A stretch of DNA of 63,997 nt, filler included, from Porpidia crustulata (lineage: Eukaryota), in NCBI GenBank assembly GCA_964255105.1. It is 7 parts of 7 records of this genome, joined end to end, with 100 filler letters (N's around TTAATTAATTAA, not from the genome) between each part and the next. Parts side by side here need not be neighbours in the genome. Positions count along the whole stretch, not along the records: positions 9,245 to 18,386 come from CAXUWE010000989.1; positions 18,487 to 27,627 come from CAXUWE010000990.1; 5 more parts are not named here. The stretch is one strand, 5' to 3'. How positions within the stretch are numbered: the stretch's first letter is position 1; each line of letters opens with the position of its first letter. Made by a program: the position numbers and the translations under genes. The notes under the pieces were generated by a model. It was not told where the DNA came from and did not search any database. It saw only the letters and a program-made list of their open reading frames with translations. Below, in pieces: positions 13,857 to 27,477 of this stretch.

Positions 13857-16800
13857 ATGTCGCGCTCATCCAAGGGTTTCGCCGACTTCTTCCCCACTGC
13901 CCCCTCCGTTCTTCAGCAAAAACGATCGAAAGCAGCTCAAAATCGGAGGAGGCCAAAGTCTGAGCTTGTCAGCGATCCTAATCCTCCACATGTGCCGAAG
14001 GCGCCTCGAGCTCCATCCGATGGGGGAAGCGAAGGGGACAACATCAATGGCATACATACTGACGAGGCTCGCATTGACCCTACTTCAGCAGCACGGGACG
14101 ACAACGATTGTGGGCACGGCGATTTATTGAATGAAGTCGCCTCTGCGAGTTCAACTAGTACCTCATCCTCTATCTTCAGTAATGGTCAACAGGCGCTTGG
14201 TATGGCCCACGCAAATGACCACCACAAGTCCACTAGCTTAACACCTCTGACCAACCTGGATTCATCGCCACCAGCTAATTTCCTACCTTCACCCAAAAGA
14301 AAGCATAACCACGGAACAGCTGTGTCTGTTGGGTTGTCAAGAAGGTCTCCTGTCCACGAGCCATTACGAGATGCTCCTCAAACTGAGTCATATGACTACA
14401 CGCCACTTCAGAAACGATGTCAAGTCCGACCTGGTGCAGGTGAAATCAAAGGTGCTAAGATCAAGTATGATCCGGAGCGTGACAAGAGCCTGAGTTCGAA
14501 GGAGAGGAAAGCTCGTGTTGCGGAGTACACAAATTTTGGGAAAGAGGTATGATCGGAACCCTTTCAAGCCCAACTAGTCTTTCCATCCTCTTTATAAACA
14601 TCCGTCTGACAACGAACTTCATAGGATGATGAGCCTTCCCCAGCCGATCCACGCCTAAGAATAGCCAGTTACTCCAAAGGCGCTGCAAATCACAAGAAGA
14701 ACCGCCTCCGTCCTTTACCCTACCTTCTAAAGCCCTACCAATACGATGCAGCAACCTCTGTAGGACCTGGACCTCCGACTAGGATTGTGGTGACTGGATT
14801 TGATCCCCTTACTCCAACCAATCAAATTCAATATCTTTTCTCGAGCTTTGGAGAAATTGCAAACATTAGCAATGAAACCGATCCGGTGAACGGCGCTCAT
14901 TTGGGAATCTGTCTTGTAAGCTACAAAGACAGTCGATCAGTGCGGGGGGGGCCCGCGACATCGGCGATCGAGGCTGCCAGAAGAGCTTACACAGAATGCA
15001 AGAAAGGCCAACATCGAGTTGGGCTCAACACGGTTTCTGCAGAGCTTGATAGGGATGGTTCATTGGGTAGGCGCATGGTATTCAGGGTTTCGGAGAAACA
15101 TCGACCTAAGGAACGCCCCAAGGAGAGATGTGAGGAGAAACAAAACATGGAGGAGGTAGTCGATACATCAGGACCGCCTCCAAGCGCACCGAAAGGTCCA
15201 TCTGGGAAGTCGTCAATGCGCCCCATTGTCCCACCACACCCGCCACCAGAAGGTCCACGACAAGTCAACAAACCCCAAGCGCCAAATCTAATCGAAGAAA
15301 AGCCAATATTAGAACAAATCAAGCGTGATCCTTATATCTTCTTAGCAGTCTGCTATGTTCCAGTACTAAGCACAACAATACCACATCTCTTGAAGAGACT
15401 ACGAAAATATTACCCCAAGGATGTGCGATGCGATAGGACGGGATACTATATAACATTCGAGGATTCGAAGAGAGGTGAAGATGACGCCCATAAATGTTTC
15501 AAGGAATGCCACATGACTCAGCTATTTACATATATCATGAACATGGAATGCCAACAGTACGGCAATCCTGCTTATGAGAGAAGTCCTAGTCCAGAGCGTG
15601 TCATAGCTGAGCAGCGAGAAACAGCTAAGCAGGAACGGCTGCGTAAGGAAGAGGAGCTTGAAATCGAGGAAGAGAAAAAACAGAGAGCTATGAACCTGGA
15701 TCCTGTAGGCGAGATGGTGGAAACTGTTCGAAGAGAGCTCCGGGACAAACTCGTAGAAGATGTCAAGTCAAGGATTGTTGCTCCTGCGCTCTATGAATTC
15801 CTAGACCCTGATCGGCATGTGGAGAAACGGCGAAGATTAAACATACCTGACCCAGACCATGGACGGAGACCTGGCATTCATATAGATAGAGTGGACGAGA
15901 CACCAACAATTGGCACCCCGGATTCGAGGAATGAATTTCTACCCAACGGTCGTCGACCACTTACGACTTCTACCTTGAATATTACTACGCTTCCGAGAAT
16001 TCGCAAAGCTGTGGGTAAGAAGAGAGATACTGGTGGCTTCACAGACGAGCGTCGGAGGCCAAAGATAGTCAAGAAAATTGCGGCCAGGTCGCTGCACCAC
16101 CGCTTGTTCGATCATGATCACGACGACGAGGATTCCGATGACGAGCGACGAACGAGGATTTCAAGAGATACTGAAGAGCAAGACAGTAGGCCGATGAGCC
16201 GGATGAGTGCTAGCTCGGTAGTGTCTGGTGATGAGGTCGATGAAACCAGCGCCAGGAAGCATCGTCAGGACATCGAAGAATCGTCCTGGGACGGTCTAGC
16301 AGAGGACGACGATGTCGATGATGTTAGACCGACAACAATTGCTGCTGAACAACCAATCCCTGGAGATATCATCCTCGCTTCCCTTGAAGAGGACGCCAGC
16401 AAGCTTCCACCGAAGTCCAAGAAGAGAAAAAGGCTCATTCAAGAAATTGCTGCGAGGAAAAAGCAAAAGGAAGATGACGAACTGTTTGGCATCGATAAGG
16501 AAGACGAGCCTCTTGTGGTGCCGCCTTCGATAACGGACGTTGACAACACTATCACTGAATTCAAATTAAGTGGAGAAGATAGTGGAGCTGATGGCCTGTC
16601 GAAAGAAGCTAGTGAGACCCCGGATCTTGATTCAGAGGTTCAGAAGGCTAGAACGAAGAAGCCAAAGCCTAAAAAGAAAACCAAAAAACAAGTTTTCGAA
16701 GAGCGGGAATCGTTGAAGAAACCAAAGGCCAAGGTTCAAGTCGATGACTCTACAGAAACAGTATTCAAGGACGAAATCCAGGCAGAGGAGGAGTCTGAGC

Positions 16801-17885
16801 CAGAGGATTTGCCCCGGGCAGAGGTTGAGTGGGGCGTCTCGAAAGAAGTACCGAGGCGTACCGTCGAAGACGATCCCAGTGTTGTACTTGATCTCGATGG
16901 CTGGCAGTACCTCCTGAAAGACGAAGAAGACCTTCGTTACTTACGGCAGGTGTTGGTATCTCGGGCCGCCGCCCGTTTGGGTAATTTGTCAACGTGGGCA
17001 TGGAAACAAAAGGAGATCAAAGCGTTAAACCGTGGTGGTGAGCGAGGTGTTGTACGAGCAGAGATTAGGATCGAAGGATACTATGTCCCGAATATTTCCG
17101 GCTCTGCTCGAACTGACGGAACCAAGAAAATTCTCGAAGCCGAGAAATCGAAATATTTACCCCATCGCATCAAGGTCCAAAAAGCCCGCGAAGAACGAGA
17201 AGCGGAAGCCAAAGAAGATCCTAGTGCTGTCGCCGCTGAAGCCGCAAGACTCGCCACGGCGAAGACAATCTCCAAAGCCTCCTCGAGATCTAATCGTGTC
17301 AACAATCGCCGCTTAGTTGCGGATATCGCCGCTCAGAAGCAAGTTCTTGCCACGTCCAATGGGGAAGGTGATGCACTGCGCTTCAATCAACTTAAGAAAC
17401 GAAAGAAGCCCGTCAAATTTGCTCGTTCTGCCATCCATAATTGGGGACTTTACGCAATGGAGAATATTGCTGCCAACGACATGATTATCGAGTATGTTGG
17501 TGAGAAAGTTCGACAGCAGGTGGCAGATATGAGGGAGCGACAATACCTTAAGAGTGGGATTGGTAGCAGCTATCTGTTCAGAATTGATGAGAACACTGTT
17601 ATAGATGCCACAAAAAGGGGCGGTATAGCGCGCTTCATCAATCACAGCTGTACACCTAATTGCACTGCGAAGATAATCAAGGTAGAAGGCAGCAAGCGCA
17701 TTGTCATCTATGCTTTGAGGGACATTGGGCAAAGTAAGTTTTCCTCGTCCAACATGTCTGGTCCGAGCTAACAACTCCTAGACGAGGAATTGACGTATGA
17801 TTACAAGTTTGAGCGCGAATGGGATAGCGATGACCGGATACCCTGTCTCTGCGGCTCAACCGGCTGCAAGGGCTTCCTCAACTGA
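13857..17885 (+). CDS. SET1: histone H3K4 methyltransferase (COMPASS catalytic subunit)
   Basis: Exons 13857-14546, 14625-17733 and 17782-17885 give 1300 aa. RRM-like region, N-SET, SET ([26 protein letters not shown]) and post-[16 protein letters not shown]. Confidence 0.96.
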
Positions 17886-18386
17886 GGCTTTCTAGTACCT
17901 TCTTGTTTGTTCCTCGTTGGCGAACGCTTCATCAGCGTCATGTTATGCATCATAGGCGTTCTCTACATCACCTGGCATCTATGGTATGACCAGGAGGTCT
18001 CGCATTTCAAAAGAACTACACATTCTGGCTTCGTCATGTAAAGGGCATATCTTGGGCCAGCGGCGACAGCCATCGCCGTCGTGCATCATGTACATTACCT
18101 GGCCTTAGTAGAGCATCATGATCAGATCTCACTAATACCAACGCTTGAGCGAGCAAACGGGAGGACTGCCAGGTGAGACGAGCTAGTCAATCCCCACCGT
18201 GCACTGTGCTCGTAGTCCCTCTCACTCCCTTTCAATTGGCAAGATCGTCAACTCTCATCTACCGCTGATTTTCCCTTGATCGGGGCTTTCTCTCATCTCC
18301 CATTACGTCACGACACCCCGCCCTAGCTACATCCCACAAGCCAATCCTTCCTCCATCCCACCTCAGACTATCCCCAGGTGTCAGCC

Positions 18387-18486
18387 NNNNNNNNNNNNNN
18401 NNNNNNNNNNNNNNNNNNNNNNNNNNNNNNTTAATTAATTAANNNNNNNNNNNNNNNNNNNNNNNNNNNNNNNNNNNNNNNNNNNN
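18387..18486. other. artificial contig spacer
   Basis: N44-TTAATTAATTAA-N44. Confidence 0.97.
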
Positions 18487-18670
18487 CAGGAGAAGAGGGG
18501 GGAGAGGAAGGGGAGTGGGGGGAGTTTGAGATGGGATGAGTGATATGGTCTTTGATGTGGGAAGCGTGTACTGTAGGTAGTCATTAATGAAAACGATGGT
18601 GTGTAGTGGTATGCGGTGGATACCAACGAAAGAAGAGGCCTTTGCAGGTAATTCTTGAAATTCTAAAAAG

Positions 18671-20749
18671 TCAATCAAACCCCTCGAATTCCCCATACTC
18701 CTGGTTCCGTAAATTATTCCGCTTTACCTCCTCGATCATTCTTTCCAGGTCCCGTTGCTTGTCTTTTTCTTGTGGAGTCATCTTCTCCCATCTCTCACGT
18801 TCGCGTTTCGTCCGTTTCTTTTCTCTTCTTGCCTCTTTGACTTGTTGTGTATCGTGTTTCTGGCTCCAGGCTCGCTTTGCTTCCTTCTTGATCGGAACCG
18901 CGTGTGTGATCCCTGCGGCAATGTCTTGTTCTCGTTGCTTCATAGCTTGCCGTCTTTGCTGCTCCCTTAGCTTATCCTTGTACGCGTAAGTACCAAAATC
19001 CATCTTCACTCCTAGGGATTTATCGCCCTCCCATCGCTTGAGCTCGGGCATTTTCGGGAGCTTCAGGAGACCCCAAGCTTTGCCCAAGTCTTCCCAGTCG
19101 AGATCACTGACTTGGAAAATGCTGGATGCTTGATGCTTGCTGTAGGCTTTGACCCAGCTTACAAAGGCTCGTTGCGCCTTGTCGTGAATTGCGCGGTCCG
19201 TCAGTGTAATATTTCTCATCGCCTCGGTGGTGGTGGCGGCGTCCTCATCTGTAATTTCAATGGCTGGTGTGTCCAGAAGAGTCACGGGCGTTTTTCGAAT
19301 CTCTAGATACGCTACGTAGTCCTCCTCCCGACCAGGCTGCAGGAAGATAACGCTCAAGCCTTTCCGACCTGCACGCCCTGCTCTACCACAGCGATGTAAA
19401 AATACCTTGGGATCGCTCGGAGGGTCTATTTGTATGACTAGATCGACCTGTGGGATATCGAGACCACGCGCTGCAACATCGGTGGTCAAAAGAATACTAG
19501 GCGTGCTTGCATTTGCAAATCGCCCAAAGTTCTTGTCTCGGACCTTTGGGGGATGCTTGCCATGAAGCGGATATATGGTATATGGTTGACCATCACTGGT
19601 GGGAAGCACAGATAGTAGTACGTGCTGGAAGTAATCCACAGCAGCGCAGGTGGAAAGATACAGGATGGTCTTGTTCGGAGCTGGATTAAGCGACAAGAGA
19701 AGTTTAGAAACGGTAGGTATTTTGCGGGAGGCGGGTGTAACTAGATAACTCATCTGAAGACTATATATGTCACGGTCAGCGCAGTTTGTAGCAGAGAAAT
19801 TTATATATTACCTCAGAGGTGTTCTCCTATCCTCCCCACCGTTTATACCCTTGACTTTAACAGCAATTTTGACCGGATTTCGAAGACCAACTCTGATGAT
19901 TTGGTCCACAGCCTCACTGACACTCGCACTAAATAGTCCTGTCCGCCTTTGCTTGGGCAATCTACTCAGTATTTTCTGCAAATCTGCGCTAAAACCCAAG
20001 TCCAAAAGCCGATCGGCCTCGTCTAGTACCAGTACTTCGAATGACGATTGCGGGCAATGAACATGAGGGGAGGATAGTAATTCTAATAGACGGCCAGGCG
20101 TGGATATGAGTAGATTCGGCGATTGCTTGAGGAAGTGATTCAAATCTTGAGCTGGTGTAGTATCTCCGCCAACAATCACTTGAGGCACGACGGTTCGGGC
20201 TGATGAAGAATATACGGGAGGTAGCTCTTTAGATTGATCGGCGTCAAAATCACCGAGGTCTTCTTCGGGAGGCTTCATTGCCGCGGCAGATGGTCCGTGA
20301 AATGCAAGCAACGATTGGAGGACACCATAGATCTGGCTCGCAAGTTCTCTATCCTAGATTAGTGAAGCAGTCTGAATGGTGATTTTCTCTAAATTACCTC
20401 GTAGGTGAGATGACAATAGCCCCAACATGATGCTTCTTTATTGGATCATCCAGGCGAAGAAGTCTTTCAACTAAGGGTATCAAGAAAGCCAATGTCTTTC
20501 CGCTACCGGTGACTGCCTTCCGTATCTTAGCACAACATTCCCTTGGTGTTAAATTGTATACAATACCTCAACCACCACATCCTTGTGCGTCATGAAAAGA
20601 GGAATGGTAGAAGCTTGTACTGGAGTCATGCGCGAGAAGCCCATGCTGGTGACAGCGTCCAATATCCATTCCGCTAGTGGAGGAGTCAAGGCCTCCCATG
20701 CCCGCGATGAGGGAGACGATGTCGTGGCCTTCGAATATTCAGGCGCCAT
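18671..20749 (-). CDS. SPB4: ATP-dependent rRNA DEAD-box helicase (Spb4/DDX55)
   Basis: Four exons (introns 20566-20517, 20397-20349, 19811-19761). Motifs [39 protein letters not shown] and HRCGRAGR, plus the Spb4-type [12 protein letters not shown] and [10 protein letters not shown]. Confidence 0.93.
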
Positions 20750-21238
20750 TGATGTTCATAGGCGGCAAGAATTATTGACTTGGTGGTATATTAGAGACGA
20801 GCATAATGAGATGTGAGCCCCCCCCCTCACCCCGGCGGAAATCCCTTATCATTATCACCACGTGATGTGCCTCATACACCCGGGAAAGAATTTTGACGTG
20901 ACGATTGACATCTTGGTTCTTCCTTGGAAATCACTTTATTTATACACCCTGGCTGTCGTGCAGGCTTCACTGACGCAGTTTGTTCTCCATGACTAAGACT
21001 TAGATTAAGACTTTGCAATAGAAAAGAAGGTCTAGAGTTGAATATGACAGCTTATCAGCCTTTCCGATCACAGCTTGGCAGCAGCTGAGCTGGCAACCTC
21101 ATCACGATAGCGAGCGCAAACCTTCCCATTTTTACTCAGTACACGATTCTCCACTCTAAGCACCTCAACCTCTATATAATCGGACTGACTAGATTTCCGG
21201 CTTTACCGCCCTTTCACTCCTTTCAGTCTCTCATCGCC

Positions 21239-22387
21239 ATGTCGCAACAATACCAAATCCCAGCTACCCCCAAGGTCATCGCTCCCTCACCCGATATCCC
21301 AGACCCTTCCGAAACTAGAGAGAGCTATTTCGCCCCGATAACTCGTTCCGCCTCCAAACGGGCTACCTCCCCTAAGCCTATCTCTGAAGAAAATGAGCCC
21401 GACTCCTCGGACTCAGACAAACGCGCAAGAGCGCGGAGTCGCAGCCCGAAATCCCTTGTAAACCAAAGCCATCCTCCCGCCCTCACTTCCAGCACTTCAA
21501 AACCTTCTTCGACATCTTCGCGACCTAAGAAACCTTCGGAAGCTACTACAAATGGCCACCTTTCCCCCTCTTCCGCCGCACCAGACATATCCTCATATTG
21601 GCGCGAGTTCAGCCGATCTCCCAGTCCGCTTGGTCTTATCCCTATTCACAGACACTGGCGATCATTCGTCCACCGGCACGAGATACCGCGCAAAGCGCTT
21701 CATATGTCAATCGGCTTCTTCACATTACACTTGTACACGCGCGGTACCAGCGCTGCTTCTATACATCCATGGCTCCTGGGCGCGCTCGTCCCGATCGCAT
21801 CGGTGGATTATCTGCGGCACACGTTCCCCGGATTCAACAGGTTTTATATCCGGGTTCTTGGTGCGCTGATGCGAGAGAGTGAGGTGGATGGGTGGAATGG
21901 CGTTATTTGGTACCTGCTAGGCGCATGGACAGTACTCAGATTTATGCCAAAGGATGTTGGTGTGATGGGCGTGTTGTTGCTCAGCTGGTGCGACACTGCA
22001 GCGAGCACGTTTGGCAGGTTATACGGGCGATATACACCTAGATTACGGAGAGGGAAGAGTCTAGCGGGCAGCACAGCCGCTGCGCTCGTAGGAGTCGTCA
22101 CAGCGGGCATGTTCTGGGGCTGGGCTGCGCCCAGATATGGACACAACGAAGAGTTCGTGTTCAAAGGGGTGCTGCAGCTACCGGAGGTAGTCAGGCACGG
22201 TCTTGGATGGAAAGGAGTGGGGCAGGGGACTGTGGGAGGCTGGGCAGCATTGAGCATCGTCAGCCTCTGGAGCGGCTTCGTAGCCAGCGCCAGCGAAGTC
22301 GTCGATATCTTCGGCTGGGACGACAACTTGACCATTCCGGTGCTGAGCGGCTTGGGGCTGTGGGGGTTCTTCAAGGTATTTTGTTAG
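21239..22387 (+). CDS. DGK1: CTP-dependent diacylglycerol kinase
   Basis: Ser/Pro-rich N-terminus, then HEIPRKALH, LMRESE, LLLSWCDTAASTFGR, GKSLAGS and DDNLTIP (cytidylyltransferase-family membrane domain). Confidence 0.9.
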   Translation: MSQQYQIPATPKVIAPSPDIPDPSETRESYFAPITRSASKRATSPKPISEENEPDSSDSDKRARARSRSPKSLVNQSHPPALTSSTSKPSSTSSRPKKPSEATTNGHLSPSSAAPDISSYWREFSRSPSPLGLIPIHRHWRSFVHRHEIPRKALHMSIGFFTLHLYTRGTSAASIHPWLLGALVPIASVDYLRHTFPGFNRFYIRVLGALMRESEVDGWNGVIWYLLGAWTVLRFMPKDVGVMGVLLLSWCDTAASTFGRLYGRYTPRLRRGKSLAGSTAAALVGVVTAGMFWGWAAPRYGHNEEFVFKGVLQLPEVVRHGLGWKGVGQGTVGGWAALSIVSLWSGFVASASEVVDIFGWDDNLTIPVLSGLGLWGFFKVFC

Positions 22388-22476
22388 GATTAAAGAGCTT
22401 CGGATTAGATACCCGTGTGTCTTACAACAGATGATGCATCAATGCGATGGATAAACTCCACTTTCCTCTAATAACG

Positions 22477-24237
22477 CTAAGCCCACGCACCCAGCGTCCA
22501 GCCTGACTTTTCCCCAATGCCGGCCTTGTTCGCATTTGGACCGAAACTTTGCCGCTGCGCCATGGTGTTCATTTCGCTATCTTTTCGCGCCCCTGCGAGA
22601 CCGTATTGCATGAACGAATCCCGCTCCACTTCCACGACCCCTTTGATCTTCAGTCCGGCTGCAAGACTGCCGCCGGCCCATGGACCGAGCGTCTCTACGC
22701 CTCGTATGACTCCGGACACAATGGGCTTGTAGCCTTTCCTCTCTTCGTGTCTGATTTTGTCTTCGATGTCGTCCGGTTCTTGAGGCTCTAGACCCGCGCA
22801 TTTGGGTTTCGAGGTTTCCGAGGGCCGATCCTCAACGGAGGTATTGGGAAGATCGGGATCAGAGGGTGGGGATCGTCGATTACTGCATATCTCCTGTAAA
22901 CGCTTTCGTCGCTCGTCCGCCGCTTTACCATGTATGGGATCCCACCCGCGTTCGTTGACGAGCGAGGTGACTTCTTCCAGTAGCCGGGACTTGAGGCCAG
23001 CAATGTTGGAGCCGCCCCCCGTGATGATGATCCGGGACATGCAAATGGCGCGGACGTCTGCTGGGAGTGCGAGGAGAGCGCGATAGATGAGCAGGTGGAG
23101 TGGTGTTTCATGGTCATCTAGATCACGGGGTTTTCTATTGTGGGCTAGTAGTGCTTCTTCCACGGGGTCTGCGAATTTCGAGAACGGAATTTCTAGCTTG
23201 TGACGTGGATGAAGGGGTGACGGGACAGAAACCACCGGGTCTTTGAGTATTATAGTATCTGAGTCCTTTTTGTTAGGAATGTCTTCGGCAATAGTTGGTA
23301 GATGATTCAGGTTCTGAGGCAGCTCCTCTGGAGGTTCTAACAATCTGTGCGATTCCTGCCTGGTTCGACACCAAGCCATCCTCATGGTCGCTTCTTCAGA
23401 CTGCTCAAAGTATGTACCAAGTAATGATTCAGAAGTATTCTCTGGATCGTTTGATCTTAGAGGAGTTTTCCCCCCCTCATTAGAATAGTGGTACATGAGT
23501 TCGGCCATCTTTAGCGTCAGCAATTTCATGCCTCGCGTTGTTCTTTGCTCACAGACTTCACAATATTCATAAATGGCGGTCACTATGGTCTCATTCCATC
23601 CAATGTCCACCACTAGGCCTGTGCGGCAGCCTGATGCCACTGTGCATAGGACTGGCGTCGAGAACAAGGTGATGCTGGGACTCGGGAAAGCAGAAAAAAA
23701 GATAGATAGAATGCTAGAAAGTAGCGGGTGGGGTATCACAGAAGGCAGAATGAGAAATGATTTTCTTGATTTCGAATCCGAAAGTAAATATTTGCTGTGC
23801 GCTTCACGCACTGCGCGCTCTATCTTGTCTTCTACAAGTCCAAGATCGAGAGGCTCACGATCGAGAATCCCAAGATCCATGCGCCATAACTCATGGTCCT
23901 CGCCCCAAGCGTAGCCCGGCTTCTTCTTCTTAGGTCTGTCTCCATAACCTGGTAGCCACCTTCGGTAGTCCCCAACTCGCCTTGATTCTTCCGGCCCAAA
24001 CCTCAACGTACATCGCGGCGCACTATCGGGATCAAAGCCAACAGTGAGGTGACGAGCACCTAGTTCAAAAATCACAGGTTCATCCTCGCGTAGGAAGCTT
24101 ACAGACGGTGAGGAGAAAGTTGATGAATAGTTCCGTTGCGGCGTGTGGGGTGATCCAGGCTCTCGTTGGAGATGGGATAAACCCGGACGAATGGTTGATG
24201 ATGGCTTCTTGTCAAAATAGTCCGCTGTCGTCGTCAT
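22477..24237 (-). CDS. ARP10: divergent actin-related protein, dynactin pointed-end Arp10/Arp11 (Neurospora RO7-like)
   Basis: Actin-fold motifs VIFELGA, GLVVDIGWNET, IIITGGGSNIAGLKSRL and LGPWAGGSL, with the long fungal insertions typical of RO7. Confidence 0.8.
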   Translation of the reverse strand: MTTTADYFDKKPSSTIRPGLSHLQREPGSPHTPQRNYSSTFSSPSVSFLREDEPVIFELGARHLTVGFDPDSAPRCTLRFGPEESRRVGDYRRWLPGYGDRPKKKKPGYAWGEDHELWRMDLGILDREPLDLGLVEDKIERAVREAHSKYLLSDSKSRKSFLILPSVIPHPLLSSILSIFFSAFPSPSITLFSTPVLCTVASGCRTGLVVDIGWNETIVTAIYEYCEVCEQRTTRGMKLLTLKMAELMYHYSNEGGKTPLRSNDPENTSESLLGTYFEQSEEATMRMAWCRTRQESHRLLEPPEELPQNLNHLPTIAEDIPNKKDSDTIILKDPVVSVPSPLHPRHKLEIPFSKFADPVEEALLAHNRKPRDLDDHETPLHLLIYRALLALPADVRAICMSRIIITGGGSNIAGLKSRLLEEVTSLVNERGWDPIHGKAADERRKRLQEICSNRRSPPSDPDLPNTSVEDRPSETSKPKCAGLEPQEPDDIEDKIRHEERKGYKPIVSGVIRGVETLGPWAGGSLAAGLKIKGVVEVERDSFMQYGLAGARKDSEMNTMAQRQSFGPNANKAGIGEKSGWTLGAWA

Positions 24238-24466
24238 AATTTTTCAAAAGCTCAATTGAGGCAATGTAAAAGTCTAATGGCGATAAGTTATTCGATCCCC
24301 CCTTAACCTGGCGCTTGTTGCCCTGGCTGGCGGCAACACGCGGCTATCCTGAAGTTTGTCAACACAGCACTTTTGCTGATAGTCTAGGCAGAAGTAAGGA
24401 TCTCAGCATGGGATTGCTTATAGCTTAGCTTTAGCTTTGGCTTTAGCTCACATACTATGCGTTACA

Positions 24467-26991
24467 ATGGGTATTAAAGGGTGAGCCTGCCGATACCGAA
24501 TTGAGGGCCATCTGCTAATGACTATCGTAGCATTTTTGGCGAAATCGGACCTGGCGAACGGATTGCCCTTTCAAAACTTGCTGTTGAATACTACGAAAAG
24601 ACCAGTCGCCCCTTCCGTGTTGCTATAGACGTTTCAATATGGCATTTTCAGATTCAGTCTGGCAAAGGGGGCAGCAATCCTGCGTTGCGAACGCTTTACT
24701 ACCGACTTCTGCGATTGCTGTCGCTCAATATACAGCCTTTGTTCGTCTTCGATGGCCCCCATAAACCGCCCTTCAAGCGCAAGTTGAAGACGAATCAGCA
24801 CGCGCCCTCCTTGCCAAATTACTTGAGTAAACAGCTTTTGAAGCTCTTTGGATTTCCGTTTCATACTGCGCCAGGGGAAGCTGAGGCGGAATGCGCCGTG
24901 CTACAGACAGCTGGGCTTGTTGACGCCGTTCTAAGCGAGGACGTCGATACTTTGATGTTTGGGTGTGGATTAAGCCTAAGAAATTGGACGAGCGAAGGTA
25001 CAAAAGGGAGTAAGAGCCCCACCCATGTCAATGTGTACGAGGCAGCAGCCACGAAAAATGGAATATCCGGCCTTGATAGGAATGGCATGATTCTGGTAGC
25101 CCTGATGAGCGGTGGAGATTACATACCAGCTGGCGTACCCGGATGTGGAATCAAGATGGCTTGTGAAGCTGCTAGAGCTGGATTTGGTGCGGATCTCTGC
25201 AAATTGTCAAGGAAAGACAGGGTTGGGCTTAGGCAGTGGAGAGAGAGACTTAAACATGAATTCATCACGAATGAAAGCCATTTCTTTCGATGTAAGTATA
25301 AATCCCTAAAAATTCCGGAGGGTTTCCCCGACACAGTGATTTTGGGTTATTATACACATCCTGTTGTGTCTTCCCCGGAAGGGATTTCTCAGCTATCAAA
25401 TGACATACAGTGGAATTCATCTATTGATATCACGGGACTACGTCTCTTCGTCGCTGAGGCCTTTGAATGGCAGAATCTTGCTGGTGCTAAGAAATTTGTA
25501 CGCGGCCTTGCTCCGGCGTTGCTAACTCGCCAGCTACGGTTAAGGGGAGAACTAGATAACGAACATGACGATCTAGAAAGGAAGGAGAGGGTGGAATGCG
25601 AAATTATCACTAATATCTGTGGTCGGCGAAGTCATTTCGTCAATGATGGGATGCCCGAATACAGGGTCACTTACACCCCAGCTAATATAGTTGGGCTCGA
25701 TCTGGGAAAGGAAAAGAACAGTGACTTTCTCAGTACTGTTGGTGACGACTCAGAGAATGCCCAATCAGAACCCGAAAATCCAAATCCCTTGAAGCGATCA
25801 AGATACGATCCTACAGAGCCTGAGAAAATATGGCTACTGGAAACATGGGTCAAAGTGGGCGTGCCTTTGATGGCAGAGAACTGGGAAGAAAGTATGAGGA
25901 ATCCAAAGAAAAGGGCAGGTGCTAAGGCACGACAGCAAGCCTCTAGTAAAGGAAAAAAGCAACAAACAATCGATTTTGCTCGAGTTGGGAAACCAGGTGT
26001 AAGCCGCATGAGAGCTATGGATGCTGTGGAACTTCCTGCAGTGGTCTTAGCTAAGTACAATGCCGGCACTTGCGAGGAACAATCAAAGAAGACACCAGTG
26101 AAAAACCGCCGAGTGGTAAATTCTAAAACGAAAATGAATTCTGCGGAGAAATTACAAGCCTACAGTGAAAGGGATGGAAGATCATCGCCACCATCTATAA
26201 AAGACAAGAATCCTTGGACTTTAGCCAAAAGACCATCGGATACGTATGCCGTGACTCTTGCCTCCGGAAAAAGGTACTCGGCCTTAGGAATCATTGCCTC
26301 GCCTGAGCTAAACAAGCGCAGCGATGCTTTTGCGCGTAATGATGTGGTAAAAGGACATACTTCTTCGCCGACGCCTCATACACCAAAGAAGCACATGAGG
26401 CCTTCGTCAACATCGCTTTCCGAATGTAAGACCAATGAAATAGAACCTACGTATTCGACGAATTCTCGTCGGATAGCAAAGCCATCGAGTAACACCTATG
26501 AAGACCCGTGCACGCCATCACCTAGAAAGAAAAGAACACCCACCAAAGACAATTGCGACGAGATTCAGGCTCAGGGTCTCCCAATACCCGCTCCTTCCAA
26601 GCAAAAAAACAAAGAATCGAGCTCCATGCTATGCGATATGGTTGGAGTTGAACCATTGACCTCAAAGAAAGTCAACCGCAAACTCACATTTTCACCAATC
26701 CAACACTCTCCGGCGTCCTCTTCGTCCTCCCTGCCCTCTCCGTCTGCTCTCCTGTCGCCCCGACTACTCCTATCCCCCACCAAGCTTGTTCAATCTCGTG
26801 TCTCAAAATCCGGGCCTTCGAATTCAACGCTACTATCATCATGGCTCCAAAATCGTCGAGAAGGGCAACGGATTGTATTGCGCGACAGCTTAGACGGTGC
26901 GTGGAAGAAACTAGAGGATTGGGAGGTGGACGAAAGGCCGGGCAGGACTGTGTACAAAGACATTGAAGTGTTGGACCTGACGGGTGATTGA
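24467..26991 (+). CDS. YEN1: XPG/Rad2-family Holliday junction resolvase (Yen1/GEN1-like)
   Basis: Exons 24467-24480 and 24531-26991 give 824 aa. Motifs MGIKG, RVAIDVSIW, FVFDG, APGEAEAEC, SEDVDTLMFG and LMSGGDY..GVPGCG; long disordered tail. Confidence 0.85.
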
Positions 26992-27340
26992 TGCAGCGGC
27001 AAGCACCCATCTTGACGACTCAATGCCGGTACAAATACCATATCCGCAATCCCAGCGCTCCTCTACTCACGCCCTTTCGAGGAATTCCCGACCTTCTTTG
27101 CATCAAGCCATCATCCACACCGCACCTCGTCCATATATGGATCTCCTGTCTGTTGCACCTCTACACGGGCAAGAGGGCTATCGGGCTTTGCTGGAAGCAC
27201 TCAAATAACTGATGCTGATGTCACAGTCACCGCGGCGTAGCTCACTGGTAAATTGAAATCCGCGCCCTCTAATGAGAGGCTTGGGTGAACGCCTTGGGTG
27301 GGTTTATGAGTTATTGATCGAGGTTGTGCAACTTATACAG

Positions 27341-27347
27341 TATAAAG
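27341..27347 (+). promoter_or_regulatory. putative TATA box
   Basis: TATAAAG about 135 bp upstream of a good-context ATG (CACCATG) at 27478. Confidence 0.45.
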
Positions 27348-27477
27348 GATTGCGCTGCGAGCACATTCGTCCTTCTTACCTCCTCTTATCTTGATCCCAT
27401 ATACAGACTTCCAACCCTTCAATGTATCAACGCCCTTCAACATCCAAGGCTTCTCTCACAACTCTCAAAACACCACC